64,000 nt of DNA from Cyanobacteria bacterium P01_D01_bin.156 (GCA_039024555.1 JBCCQQ010000011.1:1-64000), one strand, 5' to 3'. Shown: positions 9,669-21,034, counted from the stretch's first letter. Numbers and translations are program-made. Notes: generated from the letters alone by a model not told the origin.

Positions 9669-11843
9669 ATGAGTGGAAATACAGCCCGACTTCAAGCGAT
9701 TAGTCAGATTATTAGTCGAGCACCCATGCCGCCTAAGGCACCCTCTAGTCTCGAAGATATATGGGCGGAGAATGTCTTTGACTTAGCCAAAATGAAGGCG
9801 ACTCTTCCCAAGGCGGTGTTCAAATCGATTAAGAAGACGATCTTAACTGGAGAAAAGCTGGATCCTTCCATTGCTGATACAGTCGCAACAGCAATGAGAG
9901 ATTGGGCAATGGCAAAGGGAGCCCTTTACTATGCCCACGTATTTTATCCAATGACTAACCTCACGGCTGAAAAACACGATGGCTTTATTGCTCCCCAGGG
10001 CGATGGGACCGTTATCTCGGAATTTTCAGGAAAACTCCTAGTTCAAGGAGAACCTGACGGGTCTTCGTTTCCCAATGGTGGTATTCGCGACACATTTGAA
10101 GCTCGAGGCTACACCGCTTGGGATGTAACCAGTCCGGCCTACATCATGGATACGGACAATGGTTCTACCCTGTGTATCCCCACGGTGTTTGTTTCTTGGA
10201 CAGGGGAAGCTCTCGACAAAAAGGTACCGCTTTTGCGCTCCATTGCGGCCATGGACAAAGCGGCTAGCAAGGTTCTGTCACTTTTAGGACATTCGGATAT
10301 TGCCCATGTGAACTCTAGCTGTGGTGCTGAACAAGAGTATTTTTTAGTTGATACTAACTTTGCAACCCAGCGCCCCGATCTTCTATTGGCAGGGCGCACT
10401 CTGTTTGGTAAAGCACCTGCTAAAGGTCAACAATTTGACGACCATTACTTTGGGGCTATTCCAGAGCGCGTGCAGGTCTTTATGCAGGATGTAGAGGAAA
10501 CTCTATACAAATTGGGTATTCCTGCTAAAACTCGCCACAATGAGGTAGCTCCAGGACAGTTTGAAATTGCGCCCTTTTTTGAAGCGGCGAATGTGGCTAG
10601 CGACCATCAGCAGATGATTATGACGGTGCTGCGCCACACGGCTAAAAAGCACGGCTTTATATGTTTGCTGCATGAGAAGCCCTTTGCAGGAATCAATGGT
10701 TCTGGAAAGCACGTTAACTGGTCAGTTGGCAATTCTACCCAGGGTAATTTATTAGATCCTGGTGACTCTCCCCACGAGAATGCTCAGTTTTTGGTATTTT
10801 GTGGAGCGGTAATTCGTGGTGTACATAAGTACGGCCCACTAATGCGGGCTGCGATCGCAACCGCCAGTAACGACCATCGCCTTGGCGCAAATGAAGCACC
10901 TCCCGCCATTATGTCGGTGTATTTGGGGACTCAGCTCGAAGATGTGTTTGAGCAGATCAAGACCGGTTCAGTCACTGAATCTAAGAAAAAAGGCGTGATG
11001 GATCTGGGTGTGGATGTATTACCCGCGCTCACCAAAGACGCAGGGGACCGTAACCGCACATCTCCGTTTGCATTTACCGGTAACCGCTTTGAGTTTCGTG
11101 CCGTAGGCTCCAGCCAATCGGTGTCAGGACCTTTAATTGTTCTAAATACCATGCTTGCCGACTCCTTAGACTGGGTGGGCAACCGATTGGAAAGCGAGCT
11201 AGCTGGTGGCAAAGAACTCAATACTGCCATTATTAGCGTCCTGAAGGAAATCATGGAGCAGCATGGTGCTGTCGTCTTTGGGGGTAATGGCTATTCCGAA
11301 GAATGGCATAAAATGGCCGTTGAAGAGCGGGGATTGGCTAACCTACCGACCACTGCCGATGCTTTGCCAGTACTACAGGAAGAGTATATTGGCGATCTCT
11401 TTCAAAAGACGGGGGTATTAACTCCAGTGGAATTGGAAAGTCGTTTTGAGGTCTATGCCGAACAATATATTCTCTCCATTGACGTGGAAGCTAAATTGAT
11501 CATTGACATCGCCAAAACCAAGATTTACCCAGCTGCTGTTGAGTACTTATCTAAGCTATCGTCTACTATTGCTACCCTGGACGGCTTAGGCGTGTCCCTA
11601 GATAAGGCAACTGCCCAGACAGTAGCCGACCTTAGTAGCTCTTTAATGGGTGTGGTTACTAAGCTAAGCGACGCCCTAGGCAAGCACGACTTTGGCAGTA
11701 CAAGCGAGCACATGAGTTATTGTGCGTCTACTCTGCGTCCGCTTATGGATGAGGTTCGTGAGTATGCAGATGCCCTTGAAGGGGAAATTGCCGATGAGTT
11801 TTGGCCCCTACCTACCTACCAGGAGATGCTATTCATCAAATAG
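9669..11843 (+). CDS. glnN: Glutamine synthetase type III
   Basis: [86 protein letters not shown]; likely start ATG 9669. Confidence 0.97.
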   Translation: MSGNTARLQAISQIISRAPMPPKAPSSLEDIWAENVFDLAKMKATLPKAVFKSIKKTILTGEKLDPSIADTVATAMRDWAMAKGALYYAHVFYPMTNLTAEKHDGFIAPQGDGTVISEFSGKLLVQGEPDGSSFPNGGIRDTFEARGYTAWDVTSPAYIMDTDNGSTLCIPTVFVSWTGEALDKKVPLLRSIAAMDKAASKVLSLLGHSDIAHVNSSCGAEQEYFLVDTNFATQRPDLLLAGRTLFGKAPAKGQQFDDHYFGAIPERVQVFMQDVEETLYKLGIPAKTRHNEVAPGQFEIAPFFEAANVASDHQQMIMTVLRHTAKKHGFICLLHEKPFAGINGSGKHVNWSVGNSTQGNLLDPGDSPHENAQFLVFCGAVIRGVHKYGPLMRAAIATASNDHRLGANEAPPAIMSVYLGTQLEDVFEQIKTGSVTESKKKGVMDLGVDVLPALTKDAGDRNRTSPFAFTGNRFEFRAVGSSQSVSGPLIVLNTMLADSLDWVGNRLESELAGGKELNTAIISVLKEIMEQHGAVVFGGNGYSEEWHKMAVEERGLANLPTTADALPVLQEEYIGDLFQKTGVLTPVELESRFEVYAEQYILSIDVEAKLIIDIAKTKIYPAAVEYLSKLSSTIATLDGLGVSLDKATAQTVADLSSSLMGVVTKLSDALGKHDFGSTSEHMSYCASTLRPLMDEVREYADALEGEIADEFWPLPTYQEMLFIK

Positions 11844-11851
11844 GTGGCGTT

Positions 11852-11961
11852 GCTGATTCTGGGGATGGTTTTAGGCTTTTGAGCCTGCCATCCTCTCAAT
11901 CAGCGTCTGTTCTGCAAATAGACTGACATGCTTGAGGCAGGATTTCCTTGCCTCTTTTTTT
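11852..11961 (+). terminator. Long hairpin followed by Rho-independent terminator of glnN
   Basis: Imperfect stem GCTGATT...AATCAGC (11852-11904), then GAGGCAGG-attt-CCTTGCCTC-T7 (11934-11961). Confidence 0.75.
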
Positions 11962-12205
11962 ACTCAAAGCTACACCTACACACGACTTGGCAGGTTAAGC
12001 ATCGGACCATAGAGAAAAGAGTCGCTCAGGACTTTCCCTCCTGAAACCTCCCTGATCTGGGGACCTCAACGTCCCCAGGCCCCTCGCACAAGACAGCATT
12101 GGTTAACTGCTATAACGATTGATATGGGTACTCAGTTAGGTGGGTTACGCTGTTTCGCATCCGCTCCACACCGTAAAAAATAAGGTGTCTAACTTTTCTT
12201 GTCAA

Positions 12206-12247
12206 ACGTTCTTTTTACAGAAAATCAAAACTCTGTAAAAAGAACGT
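12206..12247. repeat. 16-bp perfect inverted repeat, 10-nt spacer
   Basis: ACGTTCTTTTTACAGA-aaatcaaaac-TCTGTAAAAAGAACGT. Confidence 0.9.
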
Positions 12248-12375
12248 CCTTTGAAACAGCACAATCATAGTCCTCGCACTCAAAATTTGAGGAGTCCAAA
12301 TTTTCAAAGTACTTGAAAATAAAGTCTTTAACTTTTCTCTGCTCATAACCTTTCAAGTCGTGACCTACACCTAGT

Positions 12376-12407
12376 TCAACGTTATCAACGTTATCAACGT
12401 TATCAAC
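12376..12407 (+). repeat. 9-bp tandem repeat, about 3.5 copies
   Basis: (TCAACGTTA)x3 + TCAAC. Confidence 0.9.
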
Positions 12408-12528
12408 TTGTCATAACAGCGCGATTTATTCACAGGGCCAGAGTTGGGATGCCATGTGTATTTCGGGCAATAAACTTTTTGGTAATCAGCACTCTCGCCA
12501 ACAACCATGACCCGCCGAATGACGGTGT

Positions 12529-14220
12529 TTGCCACCTAAATGCCATGGTCTAATAGGTAAACGTTTGCCCGCTGCCCTGCCTATGTCCCCCCGTGGTTCC
12601 CTGCGGCCCGACCGTTTTTTATATTTGCTATCGGCAGTGGTTTTAATTGTGCTGCTGTTCAACCTACACCTGTGGGTCATCACCACCGGCACTGAGGGTG
12701 TCATTGCTGACAGCAGCCGTGACATGCTAGCCCAGCAAAATTTTATGCATCCCCGGCTGTTGGGGGGCAACGATTTTAGCCAACTGCCCATTCCCCTGTG
12801 GTTTACCAGTTTGGGCATGAAACTATGGGGCGTGAATGTTTTTGGCGCTCGCTTTTTTGTCCAAATCAGCATTTTGGCCCAGGTCCTGCTGACGGCCCGC
12901 ATTGCCATGCGACTGTTTGGGTCCACACCCATTGGTCTATTTGCCGGGCTGATCTATCTGGCCTGCCCTCTCACACTGATGGGTAGCCGGTATCTAGGGG
13001 CCGATGTCTTTTTAGCCACATTTGAGCTAGGTGCTATCTACTGCATCTTGCTCTATCACCTAGAAAAGCTACCCGTTGCCCTGTATGGCCTTGCCGCAAT
13101 GCTTGCCTGTGGAGCACTGTGCGGCGGCTTGCGCAGCCTGGTACTGCCGCTAATGGTAGGCTCCTATGTTCTGATTTGGGGTCCCCGTAACTACTGGGTC
13201 CACTGGCGTCATGGGGTGGTAGCACTGCTGCTGGGATTGGCGCTAGTGAGTTTTTGGTTTATCCATGCCAGCAATCATCTACCTGATTTTTGGGCGTTTA
13301 CCCGTCAAGTATTTTGGCAAGAAACGTTTTGGGAAACTCCTATGCATCCCCGCTGGCAGTATGGAGCTGTTTTTCTAGCAGGCAGCCTGCCCTGGTGGAT
13401 CTTGGTAGTCCCCCACATAACCGCCAGCGTTGTTTGGGAAAATCCCACGGTGCCGCCAGTTACGCTCTGCTGGTTGGTCATGCCGCTATTGTTTTATACC
13501 CTGACTGGCTGTACCTCTTTAGCCGGATTGTTGCCTCTGGTGGCTGGCTTTTCCATTTTAGTGAGCTATCTCCTCCATCTGTTGTCCCCCCAGCAAGTAT
13601 GGATTTACAGTCGTTGGTTTGCTCAGATTTATGGTTCTCTAGGTATCCTCGCCCTAATTGTTCCCCTGGGCTATCAGGTGTTAGGACAACCCCTACGCAC
13701 CAGCTGGCCCATGGTGGCAACATCCTTGGGGACCTTGGCATTAGTTGTTTTGTTGTCGCGGTTTATTCAAGCTGGGGTGCGGTTACGACTAGTAGCCATG
13801 GCCCTGGTGCCATCGTTGATGCTATTGGTTTACGGTGGCTACTACGGGCAGGCTAACGGGCCGTGGAAAGAGAGTATAACGAGTATCTCTCAAGTCATTC
13901 ACCAACGGCAGTTAGACGACTTGCCAGTGCTGGTTTATAACGAGGCATTACCGTCTTTGGCTTTTGACCTAAATACGGACACCATTACCATCAACGATGG
14001 AGTCGTTAATGAAACCTATCTACAAGCAGGGCAGTACGGAGAAAACCGATGGATTCGATTGAGCACGCCTAGGGCTAACCGCTATCTGCGACGGCTGATG
14101 ACGGATCCATCGGTTTTGGTGGTACCGGGGGAACTACCGGCTCAGTGGAACTGGGTAAAAATGAATTATCCCAATATGGAATGGGCTGGTCGTTGGCTGG
14201 TGATGTATCGCTCCCAGTAA
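12529..14220 (+). CDS. ArnT/PMT-like (GT39/GT83-type) membrane glycosyltransferase
   Basis: Polytopic membrane protein; QQNFMHPRL..PIPLWFTSLGMKLWGVNVFGARF, GSLPWW pattern; true start may be ATG 12583. Confidence 0.75.
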   Translation: MPPKCHGLIGKRLPAALPMSPRGSLRPDRFLYLLSAVVLIVLLFNLHLWVITTGTEGVIADSSRDMLAQQNFMHPRLLGGNDFSQLPIPLWFTSLGMKLWGVNVFGARFFVQISILAQVLLTARIAMRLFGSTPIGLFAGLIYLACPLTLMGSRYLGADVFLATFELGAIYCILLYHLEKLPVALYGLAAMLACGALCGGLRSLVLPLMVGSYVLIWGPRNYWVHWRHGVVALLLGLALVSFWFIHASNHLPDFWAFTRQVFWQETFWETPMHPRWQYGAVFLAGSLPWWILVVPHITASVVWENPTVPPVTLCWLVMPLLFYTLTGCTSLAGLLPLVAGFSILVSYLLHLLSPQQVWIYSRWFAQIYGSLGILALIVPLGYQVLGQPLRTSWPMVATSLGTLALVVLLSRFIQAGVRLRLVAMALVPSLMLLVYGGYYGQANGPWKESITSISQVIHQRQLDDLPVLVYNEALPSLAFDLNTDTITINDGVVNETYLQAGQYGENRWIRLSTPRANRYLRRLMTDPSVLVVPGELPAQWNWVKMNYPNMEWAGRWLVMYRSQ

Positions 14221-14226
14221 CCTCAA

Positions 14227-15267
14227 TTAAAAGGAAGAGGGCACCATCCGTTGGGTTTCCCGAGGAGGCCGCTGGTAATCAATCGCTCCCTGGCGTTGTG
14301 GCAACACAATGGGATCATACGGGAGTTCCTCATAGGGAATCAGACTCAGCAGATGGTTCATACAGTTGAGCCGCGCTCGCTTTTTGTCATCGGCATCCAC
14401 CACGTACCAAGGAGAACTTGTCGTATCCGTCATAGCAAACATATCGTCCTTGGCTTTGGAGTATTCCACCCAACAGGCACGTGCTTCTAAATCCATGGGA
14501 CTTAGTTTCCAGCGCTTGGCTGGGTCATTAATGCGGTCCTGAAAACGCTTTTCCTGTTCCTTATCACTGACGGAAAACCAATATTTGATCAAGATAATCC
14601 CCGAGCGTTGGAGCATATGCTCAAATTCCGGGCAGGTGCGCATAAATTCGGTATATTCGCTATGGGTGCAAAAGCCCATTACTCGCTCTACACCGGCTCG
14701 GTTATACCAGCTACGATCAAACAGAACAATCTCACCAGCCGCTGGTAGCTCACTCACATAGCGCTGAAAATACCACTGAGTTTTCTCTTTTTCGGTGGGT
14801 TTACCCAAGGCTACGATCTTACAACCGCGAGGGTTTAGGCATTCAGAAATACGTTTAATAACGCCACCTTTACCAGCTGCATCGCGACCTTCAAACAGGA
14901 CAACAACCTTGAGGCCAGCGTGCTTAACCCACTCCTGCATTTTGACTAGTTCTAACTGCAGCCGTTCTAGCTCAGCTTCATAAACAGCTTTGCTAAGCTT
15001 GCCACTGGCTTTCTTCTTAGGGGATTTCTGTTTTTTCTTACATGGGTGTTTTACTAAGGGGATAGTTTTTGGTGTTTTAACTTCAATCTCAATGTTTTTG
15101 GCTGATTTTGGTTGGTCATTCTTGCCGGACTTACGCTTTTTACCGGTTTGATTTAGAGGTTTTCCTTTAGCTGCCCTACGTTTAGCCGCCTTTGTTTTTA
15201 TTGGCTGGGTTGACTGGGAACCAGCAACAGCTGATTTAAGGCTTTTTGGGGTCGTTTTCTGAGCCAT
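14227..15267 (-). CDS. ppk2: Polyphosphate kinase 2 with Lys-rich N-terminal extension
   Basis: FEGRDAAGKGG, WYFQRY, FDRSWYNRAGVERVMGF, WKLSPMD. Confidence 0.96.
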   Translation of the reverse strand: MAQKTTPKSLKSAVAGSQSTQPIKTKAAKRRAAKGKPLNQTGKKRKSGKNDQPKSAKNIEIEVKTPKTIPLVKHPCKKKQKSPKKKASGKLSKAVYEAELERLQLELVKMQEWVKHAGLKVVVLFEGRDAAGKGGVIKRISECLNPRGCKIVALGKPTEKEKTQWYFQRYVSELPAAGEIVLFDRSWYNRAGVERVMGFCTHSEYTEFMRTCPEFEHMLQRSGIILIKYWFSVSDKEQEKRFQDRINDPAKRWKLSPMDLEARACWVEYSKAKDDMFAMTDTTSSPWYVVDADDKKRARLNCMNHLLSLIPYEELPYDPIVLPQRQGAIDYQRPPRETQRMVPSSF

Positions 15268-15487
15268 AGGATATGCCCGTCGATATTATTTCTAACCGTA
15301 GAATAGGGGAACTTACAAAGAAATTGGCTGGGCTTTGGCTCCTTTAAATAATTGAGTTAAAAGAAAAATAAACTGTAATGTTTTGCTAAGTTTTTTCACT
15401 ATGAGATCGCACCCCATCGAGGCAATTATCCCACTTTGCATTCTTACTCCCCATGGCATTACTAGGGATTCGCTGTTATGCAAACCT

Positions 15488-18136
15488 CTAAATTAGCAAT
15501 GGCAACAGTTCAGTACCTTCAATCTGCTGAGTAAGCCCCTGTTTTAATAGCTCAGTTGCCTGTTTTGTCGGGACAGGTTGGGAAAATAAGAACCCTTGCC
15601 CCAGGCTACATCCAAGCATTTTTAACCACTGACATTGTTCAAGAGTTTCAATCCCTTCGGCCACGGTACTTAGCTGTAGCAAATTACTCAAGGCAATGAC
15701 TGATTCAGCAATAACTTGATTGCGAGTATCCTGTTTAGTCAAATTGACAAAGGCTCGATCAATTTTGAGCGCATTCACCGGTAACTGATGCAGATACCGT
15801 AGAGATGAATACCCTGTGCCAAAATCATCAATGCTCAAACAAATTCCCTGAGCCCTAATCTGATTAAGCAAGTCATGCATGGCCTCTACATTCTCGACCA
15901 GCATACTCTCAGTAATTTCGAGGATTAAGCTATTCTGGCGAAGACCATATTGGGTCATCACAGCTTCAAGTTCTTGTAACAGCGACGTTTGCAATTGTTT
16001 AACCGACAGGTTGACGCTAATACTTAAATCGTGATCTGGAAACTGTGCTTGCCAAACCGCTAACTGCCTGCAAGCCTGGTGTAAAATCCACTGCCCGATG
16101 GGGATAATTAGCCCCGTATCCTCACTAATATCAATAAACTCATTGGGAAATACTAGACCTCGCTGGGGATGTCGCCACCGAATTAGGCTTTCAAAGCCTT
16201 TTATCTTTAAAGTTTCTAGATCAACAATAGGCTGATAATAAAGAACAAATTCTTTGTTATCTAATGCTTTTCGGAGATCGTTTTCAATTTGTAACCGCTT
16301 CATTGCCTGCTGGTGCATATCGGGACTAAAAATGGCATAGCGGGCACGACCATTATGCTTAGCCCAATACATGGCAGAATCAGCATCTCGCAGTAAGTCA
16401 GTGGGGTGTTTGTGGGCCTCCGACCGTAACACAATGCCGATACTGGCACTTGAAAATACTTTATGGTTACCCACTTTTATGGGAACCTGCAGGGTTTTGA
16501 GAATACGCTCTGCCACCATTACGGCTTCTGAAACATCGTTAATTTCTTCTAGGAGCAGAACAAATTCATCTCCACCCAAACGGGCTGCTAGATCTGTTTC
16601 TCGAGTTAATAGTTTGAGCTGGGTGGAGACCTTAAGCAGCAGTTCATCGCCCACTAAGTGGCCAAGACTATCATTGACTACCTTAAAATTATCTAGGTCT
16701 AAGAAGAGAACGGCAAACTGAGTCTGAGGACGACGTTTTGTACGTTTTAGGGCCAATGCTAATCGTTCCATTAGGAGGCTGCGATTGGGTAGCCCGGTGA
16801 GGTCATCATGGTACATATCGTGCTTTAGCCGCTCTTCCGCATTGACGCGATCGCTAATGTCTCGAATCATAAATAAGACTTCATCTGGACCGCTGCGCAC
16901 TACCCTAACTTCTTCATATTGGTGGCAGTCTCCGTTTTGAATCTGTTGTTCATAAATTTGTACATCACCGGTCTGGAGTGTTTTTCGCAGATAGTTAAGC
17001 TGGCGTGCAGCTAGTTCAGGGGACAAAAGATCGTTCATATGCTGACCGGTCAGCGTAGTGTTATGAAACAAACTAAAGTTGCGTGGTTCACTAATAAACT
17101 CACGGTAACAACCGTCGGCACCGACTCGGAACATTAGATCGGGTATGGCTTTTAGGATGGCTTGATTGTGAGTTTCACTTTGTTGTAAGGCCAGCTCGGA
17201 CTGTCTTTGTTCAGTAATGTCTTGAACCAGCATCAAAACTTCATCGTGGCTGTAGGGAACAACTCTCACCTGCTCAATTTGTTGATGTCCATCAATGGAC
17301 AGCGTTTGTTCATAAATTTGGATCGATTGGCTTTCTAGCGCTTTTTGAATAGCTTCTAGGCGCTGCTTTGCCAAGTCTGACGGTAGCTGATGAGAAATAT
17401 ATAGACCGACCCAGTCAGTGAGATTGCCCAGTACCTGGAATTCAGGCGAGGCTAAAAATTCAAGGTAAATGCCCGCCCGGTTGACCCGCATAATCAGATC
17501 TGGCAAAGCATTGATCAGGGCTCGATAGTGGGCCTCGCTCTGTTTTAGAGATTCTTCTGAACGTTTGCGATCGCTAATATCTGTAAGCGTTCCTATATAA
17601 CCAGATACTTGTCCATAGGGATCTCGCTCTGCAATACACTGACCATACACCCAACGGACCGTGCCATCGGCATGGACAAACCGATATTCCATATCAAAGG
17701 GCTGGTCAGTTTGAATAGTCTGGAACCAGGCAGTCAGGACTCGCTCTCGATCGTCTGGATGTAGGGCTTGACTCCAACCATTTCTAGCCACTGATGCTGC
17801 TGGCATACCAACAATTTTGCAATAGTGGGGGTTAACATAGACCACTTGCCCTGAAGCATCAGCGCAAAAAACCCCTACTAGAAGAGTATTGGCTAAACTT
17901 GCATAGCGTTCTTCACTGGCCTGCAGACGAGCCTCAACGATCTTTCGCTGCTTGATTTCTCGATCTAAAAAGAAATTTCGATAGAGTAGGACAACGGCTC
18001 CAGCTGCCAGACTACAGGTCATAACGCATTGGAGAGTATCGTCCAGTTCCCAACCAGCAATGAATATTGGCCCTAACCAACCGTCCAGAAAGTAACCCAT
18101 CCAGTAGGGCAGAGCAAACGATAAAACAAGAGTCAT
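15488..18136 (-). CDS. Membrane-anchored PAS(x3)-GGDEF-EAL protein
   Basis: N-terminal TM segments, PAS/PAC repeats, RLGGDEF, FESLIRW, DDFGTGYSS. Confidence 0.93.
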   Translation of the reverse strand: MTLVLSFALPYWMGYFLDGWLGPIFIAGWELDDTLQCVMTCSLAAGAVVLLYRNFFLDREIKQRKIVEARLQASEERYASLANTLLVGVFCADASGQVVYVNPHYCKIVGMPAASVARNGWSQALHPDDRERVLTAWFQTIQTDQPFDMEYRFVHADGTVRWVYGQCIAERDPYGQVSGYIGTLTDISDRKRSEESLKQSEAHYRALINALPDLIMRVNRAGIYLEFLASPEFQVLGNLTDWVGLYISHQLPSDLAKQRLEAIQKALESQSIQIYEQTLSIDGHQQIEQVRVVPYSHDEVLMLVQDITEQRQSELALQQSETHNQAILKAIPDLMFRVGADGCYREFISEPRNFSLFHNTTLTGQHMNDLLSPELAARQLNYLRKTLQTGDVQIYEQQIQNGDCHQYEEVRVVRSGPDEVLFMIRDISDRVNAEERLKHDMYHDDLTGLPNRSLLMERLALALKRTKRRPQTQFAVLFLDLDNFKVVNDSLGHLVGDELLLKVSTQLKLLTRETDLAARLGGDEFVLLLEEINDVSEAVMVAERILKTLQVPIKVGNHKVFSSASIGIVLRSEAHKHPTDLLRDADSAMYWAKHNGRARYAIFSPDMHQQAMKRLQIENDLRKALDNKEFVLYYQPIVDLETLKIKGFESLIRWRHPQRGLVFPNEFIDISEDTGLIIPIGQWILHQACRQLAVWQAQFPDHDLSISVNLSVKQLQTSLLQELEAVMTQYGLRQNSLILEITESMLVENVEAMHDLLNQIRAQGICLSIDDFGTGYSSLRYLHQLPVNALKIDRAFVNLTKQDTRNQVIAESVIALSNLLQLSTVAEGIETLEQCQWLKMLGCSLGQGFLFSQPVPTKQATELLKQGLTQQIEGTELLPLLI

Positions 18137-18216
18137 TGAGTCACGGCTAAATAAACAGCCTGGAGTCGGTAGTCACTATTCTTTAGGATAGACACCAGCC
18201 GCACAATCCAAACTAA

Positions 18217-18313
18217 GGGCTTGCTAAAAGTTAGAATCATGGCCTTGTGTATTGAAATCATGGCTTCACAAGCTTTTCAGGCTTAAACCGTGAAGTCGTT
18301 TCTTAGCAGCTCC
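18217..18313 (+). mobile_element. 97-bp MITE-like element, copy 1
   Basis: Near-identical to 51858-51954; imperfect terminal IR GGGCTTGCTAA...TTAGCAGCTCC; flanked by TAA/TTA. Confidence 0.8.
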
Positions 18314-18525
18314 TTAGCCATCGTTAAATCAGCAATTTAGCTCTATGGAACGCGGAGTGTATGCACCTAACTAATATTAGTCCAGTGAACCTGTTACAGG
18401 CGCGTCCATAGAATTTACTAGCTTCATAATCTGACAAAATTCATCAAACGAATAAGGGGCAAAAGTACATGACTTCTGGCTTCATTTTACCGTTACGATC
18501 CGTAAAGCTTTTCAAGTGTATCCTT

Positions 18526-19920
18526 CTAAGATTTGTCATTGGATTGGCCAGTATTACCGGCCATAAACTTAGGCCGCCAATCCTTCACCACCCGACGCTC
18601 TCCACGGGTAACAATTAGACAGTTATCCTCTACATCTTTGGTCACAATGGCACCAGCGCCAACGGTGGCATTCTCACCTAGGGTGACAGGGGCCACTAAA
18701 ACACTGTTGGAGCCCGTTTTAGCCTGATTTTTAATTGTTGTGGGGTGTTTATTAACACCATCATAATTGGCCGTAATGGTGCCTGCACCGATATTCACTT
18801 TATCGCCCAGGGTGGCATTACCCAAATAAGACAAATGGGCTGCATTGGTGTTGTTACCAATTTGCGTCTTTTTAACTTCAACAAAGTTACCAATGCGGCA
18901 TCCTTCACCGATAATTACTTCACCTCGCAGGTGAGTGTAGGGACCAATCTGGCCTGCTCCTGCAATCGTGCTGTCATTAATAACAGAGTAGCGAACCGTG
19001 GTATTTTCTCCGATAGTGCTGTTTTCAATCAGTGTGCTAGGACCAATGCGACAGCCTGCAGCAATAGTAGTAGTGCCTCGCAAATGTGTTTCTGGTTCAA
19101 TCACAACATCGGGTTCGACCTTAACGGTGGCATCGATGGTAATGCTATCAGGGTTGATCATGGTAATTCCAGATAGCATCAGCTCGTCCTTGATTCGGCG
19201 ATGCAAGATTGTTGCTGCATCGGAAAGCTGTTTACGATTGTTGATCCCTGAAATCTCTTCGATGTCCTCTACATCTAAGGCCATCACTGGAGAGAGATCT
19301 TTGACCACATCGGTTAGGTAATACTCATTTTGGTCATTGTCAGATTTTAGATGGGGTAGCACCGTCATTAACTTTTTCCAGTTAAAGCAGTAGATTCCCG
19401 AATTAATGCGCTGGTTATAACGCTGCTCAGGTGTACAATCTCGGTGCTCAATAATTTCAGAGACGATGTCGTTGTCATCGCAAAAAACCCGACCGTAGCC
19501 TGTGGGGTCATCAAACTGAGCCGTCAAAATGGTAGCGGCGTTGTTATTCTCCACGTGGGTTTGGACCATTTTGGCAATGGTTTCGGGGCGTAGCAGGGGG
19601 ACATCGCCATTGAGTACCAGCAGATTACCGACAAAGCCTTCTAGGGCTGGAATGACCTGCTGTACTGCATGGCCAGTGCCCAACTGTTCGGTTTGTTCAA
19701 CAAACTCCAACCCGCTGACGTGGGCCAGAGTGGTGCGCACCTGCTCGGCCGCGTAGCCGACAATGGCAATTTGGCGTTCTACCTGGACTTGCGCCAAACT
19801 AGCCAGGACATTCTCCACCAGGGTACGACCGCCTAGGGGATGCAGCACTTTAGGAAGCTGCGATCGCATCCGAGTCCCCTTGCCTGCCGCCAGGACTGCC
19901 ACCGCCAATGGATAAGTCAT
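18526..19920 (-). CDS. glmU: Bifunctional UDP-GlcNAc pyrophosphorylase / glucosamine-1-P acetyltransferase
   Basis: [37 protein letters not shown], hexapeptide repeats, [13 protein letters not shown]; likely start ATG 19920. Confidence 0.97.
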   Translation of the reverse strand: MTYPLAVAVLAAGKGTRMRSQLPKVLHPLGGRTLVENVLASLAQVQVERQIAIVGYAAEQVRTTLAHVSGLEFVEQTEQLGTGHAVQQVIPALEGFVGNLLVLNGDVPLLRPETIAKMVQTHVENNNAATILTAQFDDPTGYGRVFCDDNDIVSEIIEHRDCTPEQRYNQRINSGIYCFNWKKLMTVLPHLKSDNDQNEYYLTDVVKDLSPVMALDVEDIEEISGINNRKQLSDAATILHRRIKDELMLSGITMINPDSITIDATVKVEPDVVIEPETHLRGTTTIAAGCRIGPSTLIENSTIGENTTVRYSVINDSTIAGAGQIGPYTHLRGEVIIGEGCRIGNFVEVKKTQIGNNTNAAHLSYLGNATLGDKVNIGAGTITANYDGVNKHPTTIKNQAKTGSNSVLVAPVTLGENATVGAGAIVTKDVEDNCLIVTRGERRVVKDWRPKFMAGNTGQSNDKS

Positions 19921-20131
19921 AGGAATTACAACGCCAAAAGTTAGAGTAAAAATTACGGAAGGAGTATACCGCGCAGCGGCTGGCCTACCCAAGTCGGCTG
20001 GCCTACTTTAAGGGCTTACTAAAGCTAATTGCCACCGATACTAGAGTTTTCCCAGAGAGGAAACCACCTACGGCAATGCATCAAATTGTATGGTCGCCAA
20101 AGCACCACCTGCGTTTGGCACGTATCAGAAT

Positions 20132-21034
20132 TCAACGTCTAGGCCCCGTTAACCAACGTCGTCGCCAGGCACCTGTTGGTTCCAACGAACAGTGCTCTTG
20201 CTCCTGCTGCCGCTGGGCCACAATCGCCTCTGCAGTAGCGGTCAGCGTGGGGTCACGGTAAGGTACCGCTGCCCGAGTTTGCAGGTGCTCCTGTTCTTGC
20301 TGAGATAGCGCCGGTAGGCACCGCCCATCTTTAGTGGCAATGGTGCAGGGCCAGTTACGTCCAGTACCGGGCAGGGAACCAATGGTTAGCCCTGCCAACC
20401 CCATGGCAGTGCGTACAGCTGCAGCGCAAGAATACGTAGCCAAGATTCCACGGTCTGCTAAACACTGCGCCGTTAGCTCAAAAAACTCCACTGTCCAAAG
20501 CTGAGGACAGCGGGTGGGGGAAAACGGATCAAACAGGATCGCATCGGCGCCCCATCCCTGGTCAAGGATTGACTGTATGGTTTGACGGGCATCGCCAATA
20601 ACTAACTGAATATCCACATGGGGGCTGCGGTAGCTGTGTTCAGTAGCCAAGGTTTTGAGAATTTGCTGAGTGGTAGGGCTCCAGTGGTGAATCAGATTTG
20701 CGGTAACGGCCTTTTGGGGTACCAGCGCATTGATTTCCAATGCGCGAATGGTGACATGACAGCTGGGATTCACCTGAAAAACAGTATCCAAAGCCGCCGC
20801 CGTGTTATACCCCAGGCCGTAGCAAACATCCAAAATAGCCAGCCGATCGGCCTTGGCCAGTTCGGGAATATTGGCCGCATCCACATAATTTTTCTGAGCA
20901 TCGGTATAGGCACCGCTACGATTATGGAACCACTCGCCAAACTCCTCTGAGTAGAACGTCGCCGAGCTATCCCCCGTCATTTCGAGGGTTAACCCATCGG
21001 ATGAATTATGAGGTTCACGATTCACTATCCCCAT
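20132..21034 (-). CDS. MnmC/MnmD-like tRNA mnm5s2U methyltransferase
   Basis: TGDSSATFYSEEFGEWFH, LDVCYGLGYN, FDPFSPTRCPQLW, ATYSCAAAVR. Confidence 0.85.
   Translation of the reverse strand: MGIVNREPHNSSDGLTLEMTGDSSATFYSEEFGEWFHNRSGAYTDAQKNYVDAANIPELAKADRLAILDVCYGLGYNTAAALDTVFQVNPSCHVTIRALEINALVPQKAVTANLIHHWSPTTQQILKTLATEHSYRSPHVDIQLVIGDARQTIQSILDQGWGADAILFDPFSPTRCPQLWTVEFFELTAQCLADRGILATYSCAAAVRTAMGLAGLTIGSLPGTGRNWPCTIATKDGRCLPALSQQEQEHLQTRAAVPYRDPTLTATAEAIVAQRQQEQEHCSLEPTGAWRRRWLTGPRR

Noticed and set aside
12376..12434. oriC call from DnaA-box-like 9-mers
   Set aside because: Only one consensus box, and no dnaA/dnaN nearby; kept only as a weak possibility in the findings
12486..13856. 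Overlapping alternative-frame ORFs (12486-12932 minus, 13290-13856 plus)
   Set aside because: Shadows of the ArnT-like gene with no protein motifs; most short ORFs overlapping real genes were dismissed for the same reason
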